Source of the DNA: Nitrospirales bacterium
GTDB taxonomy: Bacteria > Nitrospirota > Nitrospiria > Nitrospirales > UBA8639
NCBI GenBank assembly: GCA_963555755.3
Contig: OY820905.2
Location: forward strand, 256,001-320,000
Length of the DNA: 64,000 bases
Direction of reading: 5' to 3'
In this document: positions 1-8,186 of the stretch, piece after piece
Layout: each line of letters starts with the position of its first letter
How positions within the stretch are numbered: the first letter of the stretch is position 1
Notes under the pieces: model-generated
The model's database searches: none
What the model was told of the DNA's origin: nothing
Seen by the model: the letters and a program-made list of their open reading frames with translations, nothing else
Position numbers and translations under genes: made by a program

Positions 1-463
1 TCACTGCACTGCCTTGATCCTCTGCAGAGGCATTGTTGCTGTAGAACGCCACGGCGGCAAAGTACATGCCTGGAGTCAGTACCAGCTCACCAATGAACGG
101 ATCGTGGTCTGCGAAGGGATCTGAGCCAGGGTCGGTACCAGCATTGAAGGCTCCGATCATGAAAAAATGGCTGTCATCATTGCTGGCAAGCAGTAGACCT
201 GTCGAATTGAAAATCCATAGCGCTGGATCCAGACCTTCATCGTCATCGCTTGTGGCACCGATGTCTGACGCGAAATCAATATCGAAGAACAGGCCCAACG
301 GGCCTCCCAAAATGGTGCCAATGTCTTGCGCAGTCGCGGTGGTATCATTAAGGCCAGAGGTCGACGAGCCTTCGACATCGAAAGACATGCCAAAGGCCAT
401 GCCCGTGCCCGCCAGAACCATCAAGGCACTCAATACCCATGTTTTCATCATGCCGATCTTCAT
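1..463 (-). CDS. Secreted DVUA0089-like / probable PEP-CTERM-type surface protein, 5' part (runs off window)
   Basis: Not in ORF track (no stop in window). ATG at 463 after GGGAGG RBS; MKIGMMKTWVLSALMVLAGTGMA signal peptide, then NDTTATAQDIG...DPALWIFNSTGLLLASNDD, typical of this family; C-terminal sorting signal not visible. Confidence 0.65.
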   Translation of the reverse strand, partial: MKIGMMKTWVLSALMVLAGTGMAFGMSFDVEGSSTSGLNDTTATAQDIGTILGGPLGLFFDIDFASDIGATSDDDEGLDPALWIFNSTGLLLASNDDSHFFMIGAFNAGTDPGSDPFADHDPFIGELVLTPGMYFAAVAFYSNNASAEDQGSAV

Positions 464-520
464 CTCTGCGCCTCCCAATATTAGAAATTGTGGTATGTGT
501 AACCTTTTCGATGCAACTCT

Positions 521-536
521 TGCGAGAATAATGCCA
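521..536 (-). promoter_or_regulatory. Sigma-54 promoter (-24/-12)
   Basis: Minus strand TGGCATTATTCTCGCA = GG-N10-GC, about 60 bp upstream of the ATG at 463. Confidence 0.6.
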
Positions 537-656
537 CTTACTGTGCGTATGTTAATTGGCGACCCTTTCTGTTGAGATTGGTCTTTGTTGAGAGCGGTTG
601 CGCGATATTCATACGAGTTTGTGTCGCATGAGGCTTGGGGCTGTGCTGGCTCACAT

Positions 657-764
657 TGTAGGATATTCCGACACCATTGGCCCATAATCTATCTTCAGAT
701 GTGCGAAACGCCTGTGTTCATAGGGTAATGAGCCCATTCACGCTTTATGTAAATAATTCCGACG
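657..764. promoter_or_regulatory. Two TGT-N11-ACA-type enhancer sites for a sigma-54 activator
   Basis: TGTAGGATATTCCGACA (657-673) and TGTAAATAATTCCGACG (748-764); similar pair at 45758/45848. Confidence 0.5.
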
Positions 765-830
765 CTACGGCGAATGACGCAGGCGAATCACTGAAAAAGC
801 GTGAGTGGCAAGCCCCAATTATCAGACCTG

Positions 831-930
831 CCAGAAAGCCCCTTGCTTTGCATGGGGATGAATAGCAGCCCGGGGCAAAGTTTATTGTTAGGTTTTTGAG
901 AAGCTCCGCCCTTTAGGTGGGGAGCTTCAT
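831..930 (+). mobile_element. IS200/IS605-derived minimal element (paired end hairpins, PATE-like)
   Basis: AAAGCCCCTTGCTTTGCATGGGGATGAA and GAAGCTCCGCCCTTTAGGTGGGGAGCTTCA resemble IS605 left and right end hairpins with no ORF between. Confidence 0.5.
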
Positions 931-1049
931 TTTTTGAAAATAAAAACGTTACGGGGTGACGGCTTACAGGGGATTCAAAACACATTGAGAAATGATACAG
1001 TGGGACAAAGAGGTCAAAGGAAGAGAAATATGAAAACCGAGGGCCCCTC

Positions 1050-1592
1050 ATGCCGATGTTAAATATTGCCCGCCTTGGCCACCCGAAAATTCGTGGTGGT
1101 GCCGTGAAGGTATCGAAAGAAGAATTGCAATCGTCAGAGATGCAGGAATTCATTGACGACCTGGTCGAAACCATGCGTGATGCAAAGGGGGTGGGGATTG
1201 CGGCTCCCCAGGTGCAGGTGTCGAAGCAAATCATTGCAATCGAAGTGTCGCCGGCGAACCCGCGGTACCCCAACCAGGCTGAGGTGTCTCTCACTGTGCT
1301 GATCAATCCCAATATCATCGAGAAGAGTACAGAAACCGAAAACGGATGGGAGGGTTGCCTCAGTGTGCCGGACTTACGGGGACTCGTGCCACGATGGACT
1401 CAAGTGACAGTACAGGGTATGGATCGACATGGAAAGGTAGTGCTGTTTGAAGCCAAGGGTTTTCATGCTCGCGTGGTCCAACATGAGGTCGATCATTTGA
1501 ACGGGCTAGTGTTTTTAGATCGTTTACCAGATCTACAAACTCTCACGCACCTTCGAGAGTATGAACAATTTTGGAAAATTCATGACGTGTAA
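1050..1592 (+). CDS. def: Peptide deformylase
   Basis: Motifs GVGIAAPQV, EGCLSVP, QHEVDHLNG. Confidence 0.97.
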   Translation: MPMLNIARLGHPKIRGGAVKVSKEELQSSEMQEFIDDLVETMRDAKGVGIAAPQVQVSKQIIAIEVSPANPRYPNQAEVSLTVLINPNIIEKSTETENGWEGCLSVPDLRGLVPRWTQVTVQGMDRHGKVVLFEAKGFHARVVQHEVDHLNGLVFLDRLPDLQTLTHLREYEQFWKIHDV

Positions 1593-1610
1593 TTCTTTAA
1601 AGAGTTGTGA

Positions 1611-2411
1611 ATGAAAATTATTCGGTTTCGAGATAACGCAGGTGATGTTCGTTATGGCGAATGGGTTGCCGAGGATTCCGCTCGACTTATCGAAGGGAAT
1701 CTCCTTGACACTTATGAGGTGACCGAGCAGGTGGTGCCAGTTGAAAAATTGTTGGCACCCGTAGTGCCGAGGACCATTTTGTGCATTGGGCTTAATTATC
1801 GACAACATGCGGAAGAGACGGGAGCCAAAATTCCTGAGTACCCTGTGCTGTTTATCAAGGCTGCCAATGCTCTCAACAATCCTGGAGATCCAATCGTGAT
1901 TCCTCACATTGCTCCTGGACAGGTGGACTACGAATGTGAGTTGGCGGTGGTGATCGGGAAGACTGCTAAAAACGTTCCGCGCAGTGAAGCGCTTGACTAT
2001 GTATTGGGCTACACCTGTGCGAACGATGTCAGTGCCCGTCGCTGGCAGAAGGAGGGTGGGGCCAAACAATGGTGTCGTGGGAAATCTTTTGACACCTTCT
2101 GTCCACTCGGTCCGTGTGTCGTCACACCGGATGACATCCCGAACCCTAATAATCTCAAAATTACCACCACACTCAACGGCGAAACCATGCAAGACTCGAC
2201 CACGTCCGACATGATTTTTGATGTGCCAACGTTGATTAGCTTTTTAAGTGAAGGTACGACGCTCTTGCCTGGGACCGTCATTCTTACTGGCACCCCTCAA
2301 GGCGTTGGTTTTGCGAGAACCCCACCCATCTTCCTGAAAGATGGCGATCAGGTGACCATTGACATTGAGGGCATCGGCGCACTCAGTAATCCCGTTCAAG
2401 AGGAAGTATGA
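1611..2411 (+). CDS. Fumarylacetoacetate hydrolase family protein
   Basis: CIGLNY..HAEE, DYECELAVVIGK, ANDVSAR, KSFDTFCPLGP, ILTGTP. Confidence 0.95.
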   Translation: MKIIRFRDNAGDVRYGEWVAEDSARLIEGNLLDTYEVTEQVVPVEKLLAPVVPRTILCIGLNYRQHAEETGAKIPEYPVLFIKAANALNNPGDPIVIPHIAPGQVDYECELAVVIGKTAKNVPRSEALDYVLGYTCANDVSARRWQKEGGAKQWCRGKSFDTFCPLGPCVVTPDDIPNPNNLKITTTLNGETMQDSTTSDMIFDVPTLISFLSEGTTLLPGTVILTGTPQGVGFARTPPIFLKDGDQVTIDIEGIGALSNPVQEEV

Positions 2412-2447
2412 CGCTCTATTGTTTCCCTGGCTCTCAGTTTCCATTCA

Positions 2448-2569
2448 GGGGATGTTCAAAAAGGTGCGCTCAGCAAGGCCGCAGGCCCTTTGACGCGCGG
2501 AACGTACTCATAGTACGTGAGCACGACAAAGGGCAGAGAACGCCGCTGACGCCCTTTTTCAACATTCCC
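2448..2569. mobile_element. MITE family A (short form)
   Basis: Terminal IR GGGGATGTTCAAAAA / TTTTTCAACATTCCC; internal GTACGTGAGCACG core repeated at about 9 loci in window. Confidence 0.85.
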
Positions 2570-2659
2570 ATGCACATTGCGTTATGAGGGATCTCCTTCG
2601 TATGATCAGCCTGATAATCGTTCGATGATAATGCGTGACGAGGAAGACTCCTCGGGATA

Positions 2660-2878
2660 ATGAAAGGCCTCATGATGAATATTGCAGATCTATCCCAAAC
2701 AGACTTTAAAGCATTGGTGAATGGAATCGTGGATGATCGATTGTGTGAGCTACTCGGAGACCCAGATTTGGGTCTGCCCTTGGATGAAACCGTCCGGGCT
2801 CGTCTGAAGGCATCCCTGACTTCTTCCGAACGAGTCACCGGGGATCAGATCGCCGAATCCCTCGGACTTCGGTGGTAA
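2660..2878 (+). CDS. Putative antitoxin
   Basis: 72-aa acidic ORF directly upstream of a RelE/ParE-like toxin. Confidence 0.7.
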   Translation: MKGLMMNIADLSQTDFKALVNGIVDDRLCELLGDPDLGLPLDETVRARLKASLTSSERVTGDQIAESLGLRW

Positions 2879-2884
2879 CAGAAG

Positions 2885-3160
2885 ATGGCATGGTATCGTG
2901 TTGCATATTTGCCTGCGGTTATTGACGACCTTCGAGCCATCGATCACGGGGTCGCGCAGCGTCTCTTGGATAAGACCAAGTGGCTTGCTTCAAATGTCGA
3001 AAATCTTCGGCATGAACCCTTAGCACCCGACTTGCCTGAACTATCCCAATATGCCGTTACAGACTGGCGCATTCTCTACTTCGTTGACCGCGAAGACCAG
3101 ATTGTGAACATTCATCGGATCAGTAGCCGTAAGGAGTTGTATAGACGAAGGGCTCTATAA
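2885..3160 (+). CDS. RelE/ParE family type II toxin
   Basis: YRVAY...DDLRAID...DWRILYFVDREDQIVNIHRISSRKELY pattern. Confidence 0.85.
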   Translation: MAWYRVAYLPAVIDDLRAIDHGVAQRLLDKTKWLASNVENLRHEPLAPDLPELSQYAVTDWRILYFVDREDQIVNIHRISSRKELYRRRAL

Positions 3161-3262
3161 GATTCTTCATAAATAAAGGGCAGAGGAAAACCTTATAGGC
3201 ACCTCTAAAAACGTGAGGTTTGGCTCGTTTGCCCTGCCATGGACTGTCGGTTTCCTGGATCA

Positions 3263-3738
3263 GGTATTGTCAACGTCACTCGCTTTTGGCAGACTGACGG
3301 GGATTGTCAATTTACCTGGCGTTTGGCAGACTGGGCAGCATGAAACCCAAAAAGCCCAGCTACCAACGTCATCGCTTTCCCTCTGAAATTCTCAGCCACG
3401 CCGTCTGGTGGTACCATCGTTTCTGCCTCAGTTTCCGTGAAGTCGAAAAATTGCTGGCCGAACGTGGCATCACCGTCACCTATGAAACCGTTCGTCAATG
3501 GTGCCGAAAGTTTGCCCCAGCCTATGCGGGGAAATTGAAGAAGCCACAAGGTCGTCTCGGTGATATGTGGCAGCTTGATGAAGTGTTTGTGTCCATCCAC
3601 GGCGAACAGCAGTATCTCTGGCAAGCCGTGGATCAAGACGGCGATACCATTGATATGTTGGTGCAACGCCGACGCAATACACAAGCAGCGGCGCGCTTCT
3701 TCCGCACAAAGGAGGGGAGTGAAAAACCCCAGAAGTGA
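3263..3738 (+). pseudogene. IS6-family element remnant (left IR plus truncated transposase from 3340)
   Basis: IR GGTATTGTCAACG at 3263; YQRHRFPSEI...WQLDEVFV...YLWQAVDQDG; breaks off near 3705 into a repeat end. Confidence 0.9.
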
Positions 3739-3795
3739 CCCACACGATTTGGAGAAGAGCCATTCTTCTAAATTACCTCATCTTTGGTTTTTCCT

Positions 3796-5457
3796 TTATT
3801 TCTTTCCCTGACTCATAACCTGAACAAGTCCTGGTGGCCGTTGGGCAGCGAGGTCGGCGTAGAAGTCTTGGCCTTCGTGGTTGATGACGATGAAGGCGGG
3901 GAAGTCTTCGACTTCGATTTTCCACACGGCTTCCATGCCGAGGTCTTCATATTCGAGCACTTCTACCTTCTTGATGCTGTGTTCGGCGAGGCGGGCGGCG
4001 GGGCCACCGATGGAGCCGAGATAAAATCCGCCGTGCCTTCCACAGGCCTCGCGCACTTGTTGGGAACGGTTGCCTTTGGCCAGCATGACCATGCTGCCGC
4101 CGACGGCTTGAAACTGATCCACGTAGGAGTCCATGCGTCCGGCTGTGGTGGGGCCAAAGGAGCCGGAGGCGTGGCCTTCGGGTTTCTTTGCGGGGCCGGC
4201 GTAGTACACAACGTGATCTTTAAGGTATTGCGGGAGTCCGTCTCCGGCATCCAGCCGTTCTTTGAGTTGGGCGTGGGCAATGTCTCGTGCGACTACGATG
4301 GGTCCGGTGAGTGAAAGACGAGTGGACACAGGGTGTTTGCGCAGCTCGGCGAGGATTTCTTGCATGGGTCGATTCAGATCAATCTTGACGACTTCTCCCT
4401 TTAGGTCTTGTTCGGTGATGTCGGGGAGGTATTGTGCGGGATTGGTTTCGAGCTGTTCGAGAAACACGCCGTCTTTGGTGATTTTCCCGAGGGTTTGTCG
4501 ATCGGCCGAACAGGATACGCCCAGGCCGACGGGGCATGAGGCACCGTGACGTGGAAGGCGAATGACGCGGACGTCATGCGCAAAGTATTTGCCACCAAAT
4601 TGTGCGCCGATGCCGGTCTCTGCGCAGAGTTGTAAAATTTCTTTTTCCAAGTTTCGGTCTCGAAACGCGCGGCCCTGGTTGTTCCCGGAAACGGGAAGAT
4701 CGTCAAGATAATGGCAACTTGCGAGTTTGACGGTCTTCAATGTGAACTCCGCGGACATGCCGCCGATGACCAATGCCAGGTGATACGGCGGGCAGGCGGA
4801 AGTACCGAGAGTACGAATTTTTTCTGCGACAAAAGTGAGTAGGGATTTTGGATTGAGCAGAGCTTTGGTTTCTTGATACAGAAAGGTTTTGTTTGCCGAG
4901 CCTCCGCCCTTGGCGATAAACAGAAAGCGGTATTCGCCACCCGATTCGGCGTAGAGGTCGATCTGTGCGGGGAGGTTATTGCCGGTATTTTTCTCGGTGT
5001 ACATGTCGAGAGGAGCCATTTGCGAATAGCGCAGGTTGCCTTGATTGTAGGCTTCAAAAATACCGCGGGAGATGGCTTCGGCGTCATCACCTATGGTAAA
5101 GACCTGCTGCCCCTTATACCCTAAAGCGATTGCCGTGCCGGTATCCTGACAGCCCGGCAACACCCGTGCCGCCGCGATGTTGGCATTTTTGAGCAGTTCT
5201 AACGCGACAAAACGATCATTGTCCGAGGCTTCAGGGTCATCCAGGATGTTGGCTAATTGTTTGAGATGACTGGATCTCAGCAAATGTGAGATATCGTCCA
5301 TGGCTTCGCGCGCTAGGAGGGTCAGCGCTTTTGGATCCACTTTTAAGATTTCTTTTCCTTCGAAGGTTGTGGTGGAAACAAAGTCCGACGTGAGCTTGCG
5401 ATACGCTGTTTTATCCTCTGTGTGTTCAAAGATTTCTTGATATTGAAATTCTGGCAT
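3796..5457 (-). CDS. fumA: Class I fumarate hydratase (Fe-S)
   Basis: [32 protein letters not shown] motifs; 553 aa. Confidence 0.97.
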   Translation of the reverse strand: MPEFQYQEIFEHTEDKTAYRKLTSDFVSTTTFEGKEILKVDPKALTLLAREAMDDISHLLRSSHLKQLANILDDPEASDNDRFVALELLKNANIAAARVLPGCQDTGTAIALGYKGQQVFTIGDDAEAISRGIFEAYNQGNLRYSQMAPLDMYTEKNTGNNLPAQIDLYAESGGEYRFLFIAKGGGSANKTFLYQETKALLNPKSLLTFVAEKIRTLGTSACPPYHLALVIGGMSAEFTLKTVKLASCHYLDDLPVSGNNQGRAFRDRNLEKEILQLCAETGIGAQFGGKYFAHDVRVIRLPRHGASCPVGLGVSCSADRQTLGKITKDGVFLEQLETNPAQYLPDITEQDLKGEVVKIDLNRPMQEILAELRKHPVSTRLSLTGPIVVARDIAHAQLKERLDAGDGLPQYLKDHVVYYAGPAKKPEGHASGSFGPTTAGRMDSYVDQFQAVGGSMVMLAKGNRSQQVREACGRHGGFYLGSIGGPAARLAEHSIKKVEVLEYEDLGMEAVWKIEVEDFPAFIVINHEGQDFYADLAAQRPPGLVQVMSQGKK

Positions 5458-5729
5458 GGGTAGACTCCTTTAATCGTCTGGTTGTTCACCCCTCACCCCA
5501 GCCCCCAGCCTTCGCCGAAGCGGCTTCGCGCAGGCAGGTTTCCCCAAAGGGGGCGAGGGGGCTATGAGTAACATTTTGTCTAGGGCTCAGGGGCCAATCT
5601 TGCCATACTTTCCTTTGTGAATGCACCTCAGTTGTTTACTGGTGTGAGAAAAGAGGAGATTTCTCTCAAGGGTCGAAATGACAGAAGGAGTGTGACAAGC
5701 TTGGATCGACTGCGTATAATTCCTTTCTC

Positions 5730-6845
5730 ATGAGTGCTGAAGTTGTTTCGATTCCCTCTCCTCCTGATCCGGTGTTGGTTGCGACGACGTTGCGCACCAG
5801 GTTGGGCTTGCCCTCTGAATTGATTAGCATGGTGTCGTTGGCAGGCGATGCGTCAAATCGCCGATACTTTCGGTTGCATGTGAAGGGGAGTCTGGCCCCG
5901 TCATTGATTCTGATGCAGCTTGCCGATCCGGAAGGCTTTAAGGCGTCGGAAGAAGCGGTGAGTGGAACGGCGGCTGAGGTCACCGAGCTGCCTTTTCTGA
6001 ACCTGTTGCGACCGTTGGCTCACGCTGGAGTGTCGGTTCCGAATCTTCATTTTTATGATGACGTGGCGGGGCTACTCTATTTGGAAGATTTCGGTGACAT
6101 GACCCTGTTTCAGGCCTGTGCTGAGGGTGGCGAGTCGGTCATTCAACAACTGTATCCGAAAGCTATTGATGCTCTTGTTCGAATACATCTTCGCTTGCAA
6201 CCGGAAACGGCGGAAGCATGTGTGGCGTTTTCCCGATCGTTTGATGTGCCCCTCCTCATGTGGGAGTTCGAACATTTTCTCGAGTACGGCATTTGGGCGC
6301 GACAGAATAAAAAGCCGATGTGTGCGGACCATGTGAAAGTTTTTCGTGAGGCGTTTACCATGATGGCCGAATGTATGGCGAATCAACCGACGGTGTTTAC
6401 GCATCGTGATTATCATTCGCGCAATTTGATGGTCGATGGTGATCGGCTCGGGGTGATTGATTTTCAAGATGCCTTGATGGGGCCGGCGACATATGACCTG
6501 GCATCCTTGCTGCGGGATTCATACCTGGCGTTGGATGAATCGTTTATTGATGAGATGATCGATCGGTATCTTGAAGGCATGTGTGCAGAGTTGGATCGGG
6601 ACACTCAAGAGCGGATGTTGTTCACCGATCGGGCTGCGTTTCGGCGGCTTTTTGATTTGACGAGTATTCAACGGAACCTCAAGGCTGCGGGCCGCTTTGT
6701 GTATATCGCTCAAGTCAAAGGGAATCCCAAGTTTCTCGCGAATATTCAACGAACCCTGGGGTACGTGCGCCGCAATCTTGAAACCTATCCCGAATTGGAA
6801 CCTCTACGCGTGGCGCTGACGCCCTATGTGCCGGAATGGCAATGA
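5730..6845 (+). CDS. amgK: Anomeric MurNAc/GlcNAc kinase (APH-family phosphotransferase)
   Basis: GDASNRRYFR, HRDYHSRNLM, IDFQDA; followed by a MurU-like nucleotidyltransferase. Confidence 0.8.
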   Translation: MSAEVVSIPSPPDPVLVATTLRTRLGLPSELISMVSLAGDASNRRYFRLHVKGSLAPSLILMQLADPEGFKASEEAVSGTAAEVTELPFLNLLRPLAHAGVSVPNLHFYDDVAGLLYLEDFGDMTLFQACAEGGESVIQQLYPKAIDALVRIHLRLQPETAEACVAFSRSFDVPLLMWEFEHFLEYGIWARQNKKPMCADHVKVFREAFTMMAECMANQPTVFTHRDYHSRNLMVDGDRLGVIDFQDALMGPATYDLASLLRDSYLALDESFIDEMIDRYLEGMCAELDRDTQERMLFTDRAAFRRLFDLTSIQRNLKAAGRFVYIAQVKGNPKFLANIQRTLGYVRRNLETYPELEPLRVALTPYVPEWQ

Positions 6846-6857
6846 GTCATTCCTCAT

Positions 6858-7199
6858 GGGGATGTTGAAAAATGGCGTCAGCCTTCGCCAAGGCTACGGC
6901 AGACAAGCCATCGGCGTTTTTGGCACTGTGTCGTGCTCACGTACTGACCCGTACGCTCCGTGCGCCAAGCCACCTCCGCCGAGCCACCTTCGCCGAAGTG
7001 GCTACGGAGGCCGGGAGTGGCGACGTTGGCCGGGAGCGCCTGCGCCTTTCCTTCGACAGACTCAGGACAGGGCTGAGCGCACCTTCCTTCGGCGTTGGCT
7101 CAGGACAGGTTTTGAACATCCCCTCTTGCTCTTGGCGTTTTATAAGATGACCCACGCGTTAACGGCATTATTGAAATTTACGTACTATTCAACAGGCCC
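6858..7199. mobile_element. MITE family A (long form with extra inserted hairpins) between amgK and murU
   Basis: GGGGATGTTGAAAAA...TTTTGAACATCCCC...TATTCAACAGGCCC. Confidence 0.8.
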
Positions 7200-7202
7200 T
7201 TT

Positions 7203-7937
7203 ATGAAAGCTATGGTTTTAGCCGCTGGGCTTGGTAATCGGTTGCGCCCTCTCACGAATTCCCTTCCGAAACCTCTCCTTCCCCTGGGTCCTCATTCCTT
7301 GTTGGTGTGGAACTTATTGCTGCTGCGAAAGCATGGCATTTCCGAGGTCATGATAAATCTTCACTACCTTGGTGAACAGATTCAGGCAATTATCGGGGAT
7401 GGGAGTCAGTGGGGGCTTCACGTGACGTATTCGGTGGAACCGGTATTGTTAGGGACGGGTGGCGGCCTGAAACAGGTGGAATCATTTTTTGAGGGAGAGC
7501 CTTTTCTAGTGGTGAATGGCGATACGGTCTTCGATCTTGATCTGTCGGCTATGATTGCCCACCATCTTCAGGCTGATGCGATTGCGACCATGGTCCTTCG
7601 CGATGATTCTGATGTGGAACAATGGGGTGTGATTGAAACGGATCCCCAGGATCGTGTCTTGACCATTACAGGGAGGGGCCAATCTGCTTCAGTCGCCAGG
7701 GAAGCCATTATTCAGCGCATGTTCGCTGGCATCCATGTCATCGATCCAGTTCTCTTGCGCCATATTCCTCAAGGTGTTCCTTCCTCTATTATTGATGCCT
7801 ATGTGCTATGGCTGGAACGTGGGGCCATGGTCTCCAGCTATCTGTTGACCAGCTATTGGTCGGATGTAGGTACCCCAGAGCGCTATGCCCAAATCCAACA
7901 GGATTTCGATTCCGGCCTTCTTCGCCTGCCCGAATAA
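7203..7937 (+). CDS. murU: MurNAc-alpha-1-phosphate uridylyltransferase / NDP-sugar pyrophosphorylase
   Basis: MKAMVLAAGLGNRLRPLT...PKPL, LGTGGGL, VVNGD, WSDVGT. Confidence 0.8.
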   Translation: MKAMVLAAGLGNRLRPLTNSLPKPLLPLGPHSLLVWNLLLLRKHGISEVMINLHYLGEQIQAIIGDGSQWGLHVTYSVEPVLLGTGGGLKQVESFFEGEPFLVVNGDTVFDLDLSAMIAHHLQADAIATMVLRDDSDVEQWGVIETDPQDRVLTITGRGQSASVAREAIIQRMFAGIHVIDPVLLRHIPQGVPSSIIDAYVLWLERGAMVSSYLLTSYWSDVGTPERYAQIQQDFDSGLLRLPE

Positions 7938-7949
7938 CTTTCCGAGAAA

Positions 7950-8139
7950 GGGGCGGTTGAATAATTCACGTTAATAGTCAATAAAAGCTTCAAATAAGCC
8001 ACACATCATCAGGGGGAGGGAATGTTCAAAAAAGTTCGTCCAGCAAGGCCGCAGCCCTTTTGACGCGCGGAGCGTACTCATAGTACGTGAGCACGGCAAA
8101 AGGGCGAGAACGCCGCTGGCGACTTTTTTCAACATTCCC
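7950..8139. mobile_element. MITE family A (long form)
   Basis: IRs as above; flanked by 5-bp direct repeat AGAAA. Confidence 0.85.
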
Positions 8140-8186
8140 AGAAATTGTGACAATCTGTTGACGAATCTGTCTACAGTTGTGTCAAA

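Noticed and set aside
66..575. 169-aa plus-strand ORF
   Set aside because: Shadow of the minus-strand secreted protein, which has an RBS, signal peptide and sigma-54 promoter
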